A stretch of 31,600 nt of DNA from an uncultured archaeon (GCA_964388035.1 CAYLZE010000057.1:1-31600); one strand, 5' to 3'; positions 1 through 10,850 are shown, counted from the stretch's first letter. The notes: generated by a model not told the origin, from the sequence alone. Numbers and translations: made by a program.

Positions 1-220
1 AATCCTTTTTTTACAAAAACTTTGTAAATTAACTAATAAAAAAAAGAAATTAAAAAAAGGAAGTAAAAATAGAATAATTTAATAGGAAAAAAATTATAAA
101 TATGTACAATAATAAATTTCGACACTCCAAATATTTAAATTGAGGAATAAATGTTATTTAATTAGGGTCCAAAACCTTTTAAGACTCAAAAAACCAAATC
201 TGTATAATAAGTAATGAATT

Positions 221-1426
221 TTGACTAAATATTACCCGGAAAAAAATTTTGAAAAAAGGATGCTTTTTAGGGATGACCAAGGCAAAGAGCTATTCATCGT
301 AAGACTCATTAATGATCAATCCCAAATCTTTATAGCCGGTCGCAAGTTCATGACCTGCCGCTTCGTGCCCCTTGCCATTCCCCTTGAAAAGCTACCTAAT
401 CTCAAGCACATTGATTCCATCAACGACCTCATTGACAATCTGGATCATTCTCTTGAGAAGAGACCGCCTAAGTGGATCCACGGCGAGAAGGTGGGAGAGC
501 TGGATTTTTTCGTGAATTGCTCCAACTTGCAGGTATGGGTGGAGCACGACTTCGACACTCGTCTTCTGGATTATCGCCTTTCCTTTCCCTTGCTCAGAGC
601 CTTGGCAGAAAGAAATGCTCGGGCGTGCATGCGATATCACGAGGAGCTGATCGAACGATGCAAGACCGCTCGTACCCTCAATCTTTCGGGGTACTTGAAA
701 GAACGCATTGATCACGATTTCTCATGGGAGGAGAAGCTTGACCTCTTGCAGCCTAGTGAGCGGACAATAGTGGTGGAGCTGGTGGAAAAATATGATTGCC
801 ATAAAAAGAATTTCAAATTTGATTTCAAGACGGGCACCATCTCAAAATTGAATTTATCTTATAACTCTCAAATTCAGACCAATGGATTGCCTTCTTATTT
901 GAAAGAATTAAAAGGAATAAAAGAGTTAGATTTGAGTTCTGATGGTCTTTCCTCTCTTCCCGAATGGCTAAGGAAATTAACTACTTTAAAGGACTTTGGC
1001 ATTGTTAATAACTCACTCCGTTGCCTTCCCGATTGGTTTTCGGAATTGGTCACCATAGAAGATTTACACCTTACATATACTGACTTGGAAACATTGCCCG
1101 ATAACTTTGGAGATTTGAGCAATTTGAAGTATCTGTCTCTTAATTATAACAAGCTTCAAGGGTTGCCCGGATCCTTTCGAAGACTGCAAAAGTTAAAGGT
1201 CTTAAAATTGATTGGTTGCGGACTGGAGAAGTTTCCCGAACAGGTGCTTTCCCTTTCCTCCCTAGAAGAGCTACATCTTGAACAAAATAACCTTTCGGCA
1301 CTACCAGATCTCTCTGCATTTCTCTCTAATTTAAAAAAAATTACATTGACAAAAAACAAGTTCTTAGAGTATCCCGAACACTTGTCGCACCATCCCTCCC
1401 TCAAGGATATCTACATAGAAAAATAA
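221..1426 (+). CDS. Leucine-rich repeat protein with Lokiarchaeia-type N-terminal domain
   Basis: C-terminal ~23-aa LRRs (e.g. LKYLSLNYNKLQGLPGSFRRL, LEELHLEQNNLSALP). The N-terminal motif FFVNCSNLQVWVEHDFDTRLLDYRLSFPLL resembles an expanded Loki LRR family. TTG start is uncertain. Confidence 0.9.
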   Translation: MTKYYPEKNFEKRMLFRDDQGKELFIVRLINDQSQIFIAGRKFMTCRFVPLAIPLEKLPNLKHIDSINDLIDNLDHSLEKRPPKWIHGEKVGELDFFVNCSNLQVWVEHDFDTRLLDYRLSFPLLRALAERNARACMRYHEELIERCKTARTLNLSGYLKERIDHDFSWEEKLDLLQPSERTIVVELVEKYDCHKKNFKFDFKTGTISKLNLSYNSQIQTNGLPSYLKELKGIKELDLSSDGLSSLPEWLRKLTTLKDFGIVNNSLRCLPDWFSELVTIEDLHLTYTDLETLPDNFGDLSNLKYLSLNYNKLQGLPGSFRRLQKLKVLKLIGCGLEKFPEQVLSLSSLEELHLEQNNLSALPDLSAFLSNLKKITLTKNKFLEYPEHLSHHPSLKDIYIEK

Positions 1427-1428
1427 TT

Positions 1429-1713
1429 TTGATAATCTTTTATTTCGGACTGGATTCTTCCATGGTCGCCTCTAAGAAAGTAAAAAAGCGCTTGATAAAG
1501 GTTGCAGAAAAGAATAACATTCCCTATCAATTTAAAGTGCCATCCAGAGGGGGCACGGATGCAGGCGTCATGCATTTAACCCGAGCAGGCATCCCTTGTG
1601 GAGTAGTTAGCGTCCCCGGAAGATACATCCATTCTCCAAATACAATAATAGATAAAAATGATCTAATCAATGCAATCAATTTAGTAACGGGATTTCTTCT
1701 TGATAAAAAGTAA
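1429..1713 (+). pseudogene. C-terminal remnant of an M42 family (TET/FrvX-like) metallo-aminopeptidase
   Basis: Contains NNIPYQ...GGTDAG...GIPCGVVSVPGRYIHSP, the last ~90 aa of a ~350-aa M42 peptidase. The N-terminal metal ligands are absent and the LRR gene ends 2 nt upstream. Confidence 0.8.
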
Positions 1714-1982
1714 ACATGTTCCATGAATTAAACCATTTTTTTTATTCTCATGAATTACATGATGTCGGTAAAAACTCTCAAAAATTCTCTCAAGAGTATA
1801 ATTCAAGAAAAGTTTAAATAACCAACTAAATTAGTGGAAGAGATAAAGTGAAAAACTGCTCTTTGATTAAAAATTAAATGATCATCTTATTTCTTTCTAA
1901 TTTTATATAACACATTTAAATACATCATAATTTTATTGTATTGATAATAAGTCTAATTAACAATTTTAAAAGATGATTTTTT

Positions 1983-3197
1983 TTGAATGAAGAGGAAATT
2001 CAAATCTATGGTTATCGCTGGATTGTACTTTTATTATTCATGTTTACGAATATAACTGTACAGATTCTTTGGATAAGCTTTGCTTCAGTAACTTCTTATG
2101 CGACAGCATTTTATGGAGTACAAGAAATTGCAATCTTTCTTTTATCAGCAATTTTTATGATTGTTTATATTCCAGTAACTTTTTTGGCATCGTGGCTAAT
2201 CGATAAGTACGATTTTAAAAAGGGAACGGGGATTGGAGCCGTTTTGGTGGCAATATTCGGGTTTTTACGCTTTTTAGCTGGCTCTAATTATTCATTAGTT
2301 TTAGTTTTTCAAATTGGAATAGCTATTGGCCAACCATTTATCATGAATAGCGTTACCAAAATGTCTAATAATTGGTTTCCTAAATCAGAGAGAACCACCG
2401 CAACGGGACTAGGGATGATTTCGATGTTTCTTGGAATTGGCTTAGGACTAATACTAACTTCCTTCATTGTTGATGCAATAAATTTTTCAGCAATGATTTT
2501 AATTTATGGAATAATGGCACTTTGCTCTGGAACACTATTCATTATCTTTGTCAGGAATAGACCCCCTACCCCACCTTCTACGGATAGAACTATTGAAAAG
2601 GTTTTCGTATTTGAGGGAGTGAAGCAATTATTTAAAAACAAATATTTTATAATCTTGGTCATTACTTTTGTTCTTGGCTTAGGAATTTTTAACATGATTA
2701 CAACCTACATTGAGGTCATTGTGATTCCTAGAGGGTTTAATTCCATTTTTGCAGGTATTTTAGGTGGATTAATGTTACTTGGAGGAATAATTGGTTGCAT
2801 TATCATTTCGCAATTATCGGACAAGTATCAAGAAAAGAGAATATTGTTAATAATAATATGTATTCTGATCGCAACGGTTTCCTTATATGGCATGACCTTT
2901 TCTCGAGATGGCACCTTATTATTGCTTTTTGGATTTTTCTTCGGGTTTGGGTTGCTATCTTCATCGCCCGTCGCGTTAGAGTATGCTGTTGATATAACGA
3001 GCCCAGTACCAGAAGCGAGTAGTAACGGAATACTCATGATGGTGGGACAAGCTTCAGGTATCATTTTTATATTTGGTTTTGCCAATTTTACAAATGCAGC
3101 TGGGGATTACTTGCCGGCATTACTCACACAGTCGATTCTGCTCACTGCTTTATTCGTTTTAACTTTTTTCTTGAAGGAAAGAAAGAAAAAATCTTGA
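1983..3197 (+). CDS. MFS transporter (FLVCR/SLC49-like)
   Basis: 404 aa with ~12 hydrophobic segments, YGYRWIVL N-terminus, WLIDKYD and LSDKYQ motif-A-like loops, and WFPKSERTTATG. TTG start. Confidence 0.9.
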   Translation: MNEEEIQIYGYRWIVLLLFMFTNITVQILWISFASVTSYATAFYGVQEIAIFLLSAIFMIVYIPVTFLASWLIDKYDFKKGTGIGAVLVAIFGFLRFLAGSNYSLVLVFQIGIAIGQPFIMNSVTKMSNNWFPKSERTTATGLGMISMFLGIGLGLILTSFIVDAINFSAMILIYGIMALCSGTLFIIFVRNRPPTPPSTDRTIEKVFVFEGVKQLFKNKYFIILVITFVLGLGIFNMITTYIEVIVIPRGFNSIFAGILGGLMLLGGIIGCIIISQLSDKYQEKRILLIIICILIATVSLYGMTFSRDGTLLLLFGFFFGFGLLSSSPVALEYAVDITSPVPEASSNGILMMVGQASGIIFIFGFANFTNAAGDYLPALLTQSILLTALFVLTFFLKERKKKS

Positions 3198-3357
3198 TGG
3201 AGATTAATTAAAAGTTCTAAATCATTGGTAATATATTATTCTTTTTTATTTTTCTAAAATTTATGTACTTTTTTTTTAATATTACAATGTATTATTTTAA
3301 ATTTATAGGCATTCCTTAATTATATAAGAAAATGCAATTAAATTCATCAATTTTAAC

Positions 3358-3798
3358 ATGAATAACATGGAAAAAGCGGTTTCTTTATTTAAAAACGGTT
3401 TTAGATGCTCTCAGGCCATTTTGTCTACCTATGGACCAGAATTTGGTTTAAATGCAGATCTTGCGTTAAAAATGGCATCTCCTTTTGGGGCGGGCATGGG
3501 GAGCATGGGTAAAACTTGTGGTGCTGTGACGGGTGCTTTCATGGTGTTAGGATTAAAGCATGGAAATTCAAAGACTGATGAGATCGAGAAAAAAGAAAAG
3601 GTCTATGAAGTGATAAATGAATTTGTAAAGAAATTTAAATTAATTCACGGCACGATAAGGTGTAAAGATTTATTACATTGTGATATCAGCACGAGCGAGG
3701 GGAGAACCAAAGCGATCGAGAATCAGCTTTTCAAGGAACTTTGTCCTCAATTTGTTCGTGATTCCGCTAAAATCCTTGAAGATTTACTTCAAGAGTAA
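3358..3798 (+). CDS. C-GCAxxG-C-C family putative redox protein
   Basis: Motifs FRCSQA, TCGAVTGA, GTIRCKDL and C-terminal CPQFV. Confidence 0.9.
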   Translation: MNNMEKAVSLFKNGFRCSQAILSTYGPEFGLNADLALKMASPFGAGMGSMGKTCGAVTGAFMVLGLKHGNSKTDEIEKKEKVYEVINEFVKKFKLIHGTIRCKDLLHCDISTSEGRTKAIENQLFKELCPQFVRDSAKILEDLLQE

Positions 3799-3967
3799 TA
3801 CATTTTGTTTAATTTTTATCGTATAAAGCTCTGAAGATCACTCAAATTCCTTTTAGAGCAATTCTTCTTTTAATTACTTAAGTTCTTGTTTATTTTTTTT
3901 TAAGTTGGAGTTTAAATATTTTGAGTTAAATTTTAGGGTAAGCATATCAAATTTCAAGAGGATATTA

Positions 3968-4342
3968 ATGAGCTCTTTTAATAGTGTTCAAGAAAAGGAA
4001 TCTATAACTGATAATAAGGAAGAAAATGTGGACAATTTCCCGTTCTTTAATAAACAAAATTTGAAAAAAGCAATAGCTTATTTGAAAGATTTGAATTTTA
4101 ATGAAGTGGAAATAGACGAGATCTACGAAAAAGCTAAGAATCTCATCAAAAATAAACAATTAGAGCAATTATCTGAAAAATTGACAGAAGAAAACGCGAA
4201 AGGAGAAGATTTAGAAGGTCTATTAAATGAGGCAACCGACACTTTAGAAACTAAAGATTTGATGAATTTAATGAAATCCATCGCAAAGGAAGAGGATTTT
4301 CTAAACTTCATGCAAGATTTACTTTTGGAAAAACTCCTGTAA
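3968..4342 (+). CDS. Hypothetical acidic helical protein
   Basis: The ORF track starts at TTG 3905, but ATG 3968 is preceded by SD-like GAGGA and is the more plausible start. No family recognised. Confidence 0.6.
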   Translation: MSSFNSVQEKESITDNKEENVDNFPFFNKQNLKKAIAYLKDLNFNEVEIDEIYEKAKNLIKNKQLEQLSEKLTEENAKGEDLEGLLNEATDTLETKDLMNLMKSIAKEEDFLNFMQDLLLEKLL

Positions 4343-4737
4343 GGATTGTTCTGGATTGTTTCAGGAAAATTATTTTTAATATTAAAGAGAGAAAATTTCT
4401 ATTTTATCATTTTTTTTAATATCTCATTCATGGTGTTGTCTCATTTAATCTCCAAAAATGAATGAGAAAATTGACATCTAATTAAAAAAGATCTCCAATT
4501 GGAGAATTTCAGAGATTTCAAGCAGCATGTTTACATTTCTAATTAATTTTTAAATATAAATAATAAAATATAAAAAAATTAGTACTAAGATTTATTTAAT
4601 TAGAATTTTTAATATTTTGATTAGCTAACCAATATATATGTATTCAATGTATTTATTTGAGCAAGTTCTAATTAAGACTTTGAATTTGAGCATGGAAGGT
4701 GCTCTTAATTTAACTTAATGGACGGAAGATTAAAAGA

Positions 4738-5646
4738 ATGGAAGTTAAATCTAAAACTTATAATGATAAGCATCTTGCTATTGTTCTTGGGGCTGGAGGT
4801 CAATTAGGGGCAGCATGGGAATCTGGTTTAATTGCTGGTTTAGTTGAGTCAAATAATATAATAAACAGTGCAAATCAAATCATGGGAACATCTGCTGGTG
4901 CTATAATTGGCTCTCAACTCGCACTTGGAAGGGACCCCAAGAAAATATTCCAAGGACAAATCGAAATGGCAGAATATTATAAAAAACTGCGTCCTGTTCA
5001 ATTAGAAAATGAAAAGCAAAAAGTTGAAGAACCAAGATTTATCCAGGATTTACGTGAAGCGGGAATGCAAGGTATTATCCAATCAGATTTATTAATTAAG
5101 GTTGGGAAATTAGCACTTGGCGTTCCAGCCATGCCAGAAGACCAATTTTTAGCAAATTTTTCACCTTTAGTTAGACCGAAGGAAGAATGGCCTTATCAAT
5201 TTGTATGCCTGGCTATCGATGTAAATGATGGCACGCTTGCTGTTTGGAATAAAAGTTCACATGTTGACCTTGTTCACGCCATAGCTGCAAGTGCGGCATC
5301 TCCTTTTGCTACAAACCCCATTCAAATTAATGGGCATTATTACATGGATGGGGGAATTCGCTCTACCACAAATGCAGATGTAGCAACAGACTTCGATCTC
5401 GTTCTAATTCTAGCTCCTTCTGCTGCTTTGATGCCAAAAGTGGTAGAAGCACAGACAACCCAAGAAAGAGGTATTATTGAAAAAGCTGGCGGAAAAGTAA
5501 TGCTTATAACTCCTGATGCTTCTTCTATTGATAAAATCGGATTAAATCTCATGGATCTGGCTCGAGGAGGAGAGGTGGCAAACGCTGGTTTTCAACAATC
5601 TAAAATGGAATCATCCCGATTAAACCAATTTTTAACAGCAATATAG
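4738..5646 (+). CDS. Patatin-like phospholipase
   Basis: Gly-rich LGAGGQLG, nucleophile GTSAG and catalytic YMDGG. Confidence 0.92.
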   Translation: MEVKSKTYNDKHLAIVLGAGGQLGAAWESGLIAGLVESNNIINSANQIMGTSAGAIIGSQLALGRDPKKIFQGQIEMAEYYKKLRPVQLENEKQKVEEPRFIQDLREAGMQGIIQSDLLIKVGKLALGVPAMPEDQFLANFSPLVRPKEEWPYQFVCLAIDVNDGTLAVWNKSSHVDLVHAIAASAASPFATNPIQINGHYYMDGGIRSTTNADVATDFDLVLILAPSAALMPKVVEAQTTQERGIIEKAGGKVMLITPDASSIDKIGLNLMDLARGGEVANAGFQQSKMESSRLNQFLTAI

Positions 5647-5747
5647 ATCATCTTGAAAAATGAAATGCGTAATTTGATCAGAAGTTAGATTAAATTAAGT
5701 AAGCCAAGTTAAAAAAAAAATATTTTAAAAAAAAATACTTTTTCATT

Positions 5748-7454
5748 CTATATATATCCGTGATTAGCAAGGTACATGAAGCGTTCCATGTAGTAGAGAA
5801 AGACTAGATTAAAATAAGAGGGAAAATAGAGATCATTAGCATGACCGCATAATGGAAAATAAATGATTGCGCATTTCTGATTCTCTACTGCGGTATATGT
5901 ATCTTTCCATCTTTGGGAAACGGTATAATGAACCAAGGCGTCTTGATATCCTTGAAACACCAAACTTGGAGGGCTATTCTGGGTCACCATTAATTCTGGT
6001 CTCACTAATTCGGGAGTACCCCAGTTAAAAGGTAATACATTACCGGGATAAAAGGGTATTAACCCTATTACCTTTATCTTTGGACTGAAATAACGCGTGT
6101 ATCTACCGCTATCAATCGCTAAAGCCGCAGCACATGTTAATTGTCCTCCTGCTGAACCTCCTGAAATAAACACAGAATTTAAATTTGCATTGTATTTTTC
6201 TGCATTGGCTGCCAAGTATTTTGTAAACTCTCCAATATGGCGTATCATATCATCAATATCGAAATTACCCATTACATTTATTGGAGTTAATAAATCTGCC
6301 TTTCGATCTGGTCGATTAAGTCCATATTGGATGTCAAAAACAATGTATCCTTGAGAGGCGAAATATTTATTCATCTGCATCATGTTAGTTAAACCCTTAT
6401 CATAATATTTCCAAGAGCCGCCATGGATCCGTATTATTACGGAACCCGCACCAGGTAAGTTACCATCATTTACTTTTGGCATGTAAGCATCAAAAAAGAG
6501 AGTGATGTTTTCATCGACTTTGTAAGCGCTTTTACTTCCGTCAAAATATAGCACGTCTTTTTCTACAATATAGTTATTCGATCTCACGCCTAGAAAGTAT
6601 TGTAGAGTAGAAAAAGGAGTTTTTAAGAAGTAGGTATTTTCTACCTCTGCTGGAATGTTATCACGCCAATCTTCTCCAAAGGCTTGAGTGAAATTTTTCT
6701 CAGCATTATTAATTGCTACTGGGGTTAGAGCATACGGCATGAAAAGAATGATCGAAACAAACAGAGCGAGAATCGTGAATACGTGGAAGATCTTACGATT
6801 TTTTTGCCCGATATCCTTAAAAACGATTGCAGCGCCCCCAAAAAACATCATGCTAATTCCAAGGGCAAGTTCCGGGATGACCATTCCTAAAAAGGCGCTG
6901 GAACCGAATAAGATAATGCTGTCTAGATAGAACCCAAAACCAAGCATTACACAAATGATGATAATATCAAGCACTTTCCTTGGAAGAGATTTTCTATAGG
7001 TTTTTTGCGTGAAATCCCAAATATCTGTCTTGTCAACATTTTTAAGGACAAAAAATGATAAGAAAAATCCATAAAGTAAGGAACCGAAAAATCCACCATA
7101 TATAACCAGATATAGATTTATGGTATCACTTAAGGCAGGAGAATAGGTTGAGGAGAGGAAAAAATTCCCGAACATCATCATGGGCATCGCAATACTTTGA
7201 AGGAGAAGATATAGATACAAAAGTACATTTATTCCTTTTGCCGTTCTATTGGATTTGTTAAGATTGGTACTCATGTAATAGAAGTAGAAAAAATTATAGA
7301 ATAGCACAAAAATATATAATGCTCCGCCAATATCCCATAGGATATTATATCGGGAAGTGGAAAGATAAATAATTCCCAGCAATACTGTAGCTCCGCTTGA
7401 AATCAATAATAAGAGATTTGCATTTTTAATTGTAACATATTTTCTAATATTCAT
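5748..7454 (-). CDS. Membrane-anchored alpha/beta hydrolase (HSL/BD-FAE-like esterase/lipase)
   Basis: About 7 N-terminal TM segments followed by IHGGSW, GGSAGG nucleophile elbow, QGYQDALV (Asp) and CGHAND (His). Confidence 0.85.
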   Translation of the reverse strand: MNIRKYVTIKNANLLLLISSGATVLLGIIYLSTSRYNILWDIGGALYIFVLFYNFFYFYYMSTNLNKSNRTAKGINVLLYLYLLLQSIAMPMMMFGNFFLSSTYSPALSDTINLYLVIYGGFFGSLLYGFFLSFFVLKNVDKTDIWDFTQKTYRKSLPRKVLDIIIICVMLGFGFYLDSIILFGSSAFLGMVIPELALGISMMFFGGAAIVFKDIGQKNRKIFHVFTILALFVSIILFMPYALTPVAINNAEKNFTQAFGEDWRDNIPAEVENTYFLKTPFSTLQYFLGVRSNNYIVEKDVLYFDGSKSAYKVDENITLFFDAYMPKVNDGNLPGAGSVIIRIHGGSWKYYDKGLTNMMQMNKYFASQGYIVFDIQYGLNRPDRKADLLTPINVMGNFDIDDMIRHIGEFTKYLAANAEKYNANLNSVFISGGSAGGQLTCAAALAIDSGRYTRYFSPKIKVIGLIPFYPGNVLPFNWGTPELVRPELMVTQNSPPSLVFQGYQDALVHYTVSQRWKDTYTAVENQKCAIIYFPLCGHANDLYFPSYFNLVFLYYMERFMYLANHGYI

Positions 7455-7653
7455 GGAAATTAACTCCTAATTGATTTTTTTTTTAATTTTTTTGTAAAAT
7501 TTTCTATAATATTGAATTTACCTTATATGATTATAAATCTTGATCTTTTTCTGAATACTTTAGAATAATTTCAAAAAAAGTTTTTAATAAGTTCGTTTAA
7601 TTTTATCTTTAAGTCTTTTCATAATTAAAATAAAATTTTAACTTATCCTCAAC

Positions 7654-8040
7654 TTGAGCGAAAAAAAAGCGTATATAATTCCTGGGAAGAAAATAACTTC
7701 CTTAGAAAGTTTTTATGAGGTAATCGGAGAAGTAATAAATGGGCCGGGAGGTTATTTTGGCAATAACCTTGATGCTTTCTCGGACTACTTGAGAGGTGGT
7801 TTTGGAACACCTTCTAAATTTAAATTGATTTGGATTGATTCTGAAATATCACGGAAAGCTTTAGGTTACGAAGAAACAATAAGACAATTAAAAAAGCGCC
7901 TTAAAGAATGCCATCCTTCAAATAGAGAATCTGTGCAACTTGAATTAAATCTTGCTAAAAAAGGACAAGGTCCTACGGTATTTGATTGGCTTATTGAAAT
8001 TATTGAATCATCCGAAAATGTCGAACTTGAATTAAAATAA
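7654..8040 (+). CDS. Barstar family protein
   Basis: Motif ITSLESFY...YFGNNLDAFSDYLRGGFG...LIW. TTG start. Confidence 0.8.
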   Translation: MSEKKAYIIPGKKITSLESFYEVIGEVINGPGGYFGNNLDAFSDYLRGGFGTPSKFKLIWIDSEISRKALGYEETIRQLKKRLKECHPSNRESVQLELNLAKKGQGPTVFDWLIEIIESSENVELELK

Positions 8041-8078
8041 GGATAATTAAGGAGGATAAAGTTGCAAATATCGAACTT

Positions 8079-10850
8079 CTATTCGATTATGATAACTTCT
8101 GTTTTATTTTTGATTTGTTCCTCGCTCTTAGCTTTTTCTAGAAAATACGGATCGATAATTTTTTCAATCTCTTTTAAATCGTAATGTCTGGGCTCGATTG
8201 CTTTTAACCTACATGTAGCAGCACATCGGCCGCATCCTTTGCATAATGCCGGATTAATAAATGCTTTTTTCGTAGGAATGCTGACCTCTTCATATTCTTG
8301 AGGAGTATCAAGAAGAGAAATAGCTTTGAATTGACAAATTTCTTGGCATCTTCCACATCCATTACATTTTTCCGTATTTACCTGCATTTCTTTCAAGGAA
8401 CATTCAATAGAAAGCAAGAAGGAGAGCATTTCTAACTTGGTCGTGGAAATCTCTTCCATCGTTAAAAATCTACTTGCTCTGCCTGCTGCTGCCTTAGCTT
8501 CTACAATGGAATCCTGAACGTTCTTTGGCCATTGTGCACAACCACAAATGAAGATACCTTCTGTAGAAAAATCTAACGGTCTCATTTTCTTATGAGCTCC
8601 AATAAAAAATCCATTTATATCCAATGGGATCTTTAGCATGAAAGCCAAATCTTGGAGGTCATCAGGAGGGATTAGTGGCGTAGATAATATGACAAGATCC
8701 GTTTTAACATGTATATCTTTACTGGAATCCTGGAGATCTCGTAACGTAATTTCATATTGCTCGGGATTTTCCTTTATTTTTGTAACTTGGGGGATATTTT
8801 CCAAATTGTACTTTAAATAAGTTGCTACTTTTTTTCTTTCAGATGCAAATGCTTCAAACTCTTTTTTCGCCATGTGAAGGTCCCTAAAAAGAACCAGGGT
8901 CTCAAGTTCTGGTTTTATCTTTTTTAAGATATTTATATTTTTAAGGGTATTACTACAACATATATTAGAACAATAAGAGAAACCTCCTTTTTGTCTTGCA
9001 TTTACACACATGATGGTAGTGACATGGTCAATATTATCAAGCCAAGAGTTTGATTCATTTTTTAATAGATTTTCTAACTCTAATTGGGTAATAACTCGCT
9101 TATTCCTTTCATCATACTGAAATAATCCATGAGGTATATATTCTTGGCTTCCGGTGGCTATTATAATGACTCCTGCTTTTAATACATTGACATTTTCATT
9201 GGAATCTATCATGGAGATATTATAATTACCAATGGTGCCAGATATCTCTTTAATCTTAGAATTTGTGAAAATTTGAATATATTTATTGTTATTAACTTTA
9301 TCCACAATTTCATGTAAAAGAACTGAGGCTTTGTGCTGGATGGGATATAAAACATTGATATAATTTAAGATACCGCCCAATTGATTTTCTTTTTCAACAA
9401 TATACGTATTAAAACCTTGATCACTAATGGATAATGCTGCGGTCATTCCGGAAATTCCGCCCCCAATTATTAACGCGGTAGGATTAATGCGTATTATTTC
9501 TTTTTCTGGTAAAATATCCACTTCTTTATCTCTTGTCAAGGAATATCTTGCAGACTTTAAAGCGGTTGCTACTTGAGAAGCCACTCCACTGGCATCAGCC
9601 ACTGTTTCCGTAATATTCATTGGCCCATGACAAAATCCACATAAAAAAATACCTTCCCGGGCGGAGGCGGATTTATTGAAGTACGATTGCTCCTTGAAAA
9701 AACCAAAATCATCTAAATCTATATCCAAAACATTGGAAAGTTCTTTAGTTCCCTTGGAAGGCACCAAAGGCGCTGCTAAAACTGCGAGACTAGTCCTAAA
9801 AATATTATTAATTTCTTTTGTTTTTAGATCGTCATAATAAATAAGAATATCCTTTGTTTTCGGATCCTCTTCAATTTTATTAATTTTCGAATGATAATAC
9901 TGAATTCCATGCATCTCGCTAGCTTCTTTAGTATATTCATAGAAATTTCTGCCAAACACTCTAATATGATGTCGAAAAACAGCAACTTGAACACTGGGCA
10001 GGTATTCATGAGCTAAAATACCATTTTTGGTGGTGTACATACAACATACTCGTGAGCAATAAGCTGTATCGTTTTCTAAATACCCCGAGCTTGCGCAATG
10101 AATAAACGCAATTTTTTCTGGTTCTTTCTCGTCGCTTGGACGCAGTATTTTCATTCCAAAAGGTCCCGTAGGACATAGCATTCGCTCAAATTCTAAAGCA
10201 TTCACAACGTTTTTATATTCATATCCCCATTTCGGTGCTAATTCTGTACTTAGCATGTCAAATCCCGTGGCTATTATTATAGCTCCTACTTTAATCTTAG
10301 TCTCTTGTGGTTTTTGTTCAAAATTAATAGCTTGTGCTTTGCATATTTTCTGACAGACGCCGCACACGCCTCTATTTAAATAAAGACATAAATTAGCATC
10401 AATCAAATATACGGGAGGAGTTGCTTGGGGAAAGGGAATATAAATTGATTTTCTTTTGCCTAAATTCATGTCAAAGATGTTAGGAGCTTCAACCTTAGGA
10501 CATTTCCTCGCACAATCTCCACATCCACGGCATTTTGTCTCATCTACATATCGAGGATTCTTTTTGATGGTAATAGAAAAATTTCCTAATTCTCCATTAA
10601 CTTTTGTGATTTCTGATAAAGTTAATAATTCTATATTGGGATTTTTATAAACTCCAATCATTTTGGGAGCAAGCGAGCATAAAGAACAATTCATATCAGG
10701 AAATAATTTGTCAAATTGAGCCATCCTCCCTCCTATTGAGGGTTCTCTTTCCACTAAATACACTTTATATCCTAATTCCGTTAAATCTAACGACGCTTGA
10801 ATGCCTCCAATTCCACCACCTATAACTAAAACAGACCCTTCCATAACCAT
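8079..10850 (-). CDS. hdrA: HdrA-like flavoprotein with two FAD modules (923 aa), lacking the internal HdrA N-terminal-type Fe-S domain
   Basis: Two GGGIxG dinucleotide-binding motifs, CRGCGDCARKCP and C-terminal 2x CxxCxxCxxxC. Close paralog of 11844..14933. Confidence 0.88.
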   Translation of the reverse strand: MVMEGSVLVIGGGIGGIQASLDLTELGYKVYLVEREPSIGGRMAQFDKLFPDMNCSLCSLAPKMIGVYKNPNIELLTLSEITKVNGELGNFSITIKKNPRYVDETKCRGCGDCARKCPKVEAPNIFDMNLGKRKSIYIPFPQATPPVYLIDANLCLYLNRGVCGVCQKICKAQAINFEQKPQETKIKVGAIIIATGFDMLSTELAPKWGYEYKNVVNALEFERMLCPTGPFGMKILRPSDEKEPEKIAFIHCASSGYLENDTAYCSRVCCMYTTKNGILAHEYLPSVQVAVFRHHIRVFGRNFYEYTKEASEMHGIQYYHSKINKIEEDPKTKDILIYYDDLKTKEINNIFRTSLAVLAAPLVPSKGTKELSNVLDIDLDDFGFFKEQSYFNKSASAREGIFLCGFCHGPMNITETVADASGVASQVATALKSARYSLTRDKEVDILPEKEIIRINPTALIIGGGISGMTAALSISDQGFNTYIVEKENQLGGILNYINVLYPIQHKASVLLHEIVDKVNNNKYIQIFTNSKIKEISGTIGNYNISMIDSNENVNVLKAGVIIIATGSQEYIPHGLFQYDERNKRVITQLELENLLKNESNSWLDNIDHVTTIMCVNARQKGGFSYCSNICCSNTLKNINILKKIKPELETLVLFRDLHMAKKEFEAFASERKKVATYLKYNLENIPQVTKIKENPEQYEITLRDLQDSSKDIHVKTDLVILSTPLIPPDDLQDLAFMLKIPLDINGFFIGAHKKMRPLDFSTEGIFICGCAQWPKNVQDSIVEAKAAAGRASRFLTMEEISTTKLEMLSFLLSIECSLKEMQVNTEKCNGCGRCQEICQFKAISLLDTPQEYEEVSIPTKKAFINPALCKGCGRCAATCRLKAIEPRHYDLKEIEKIIDPYFLEKAKSEEQIKNKTEVIIIE

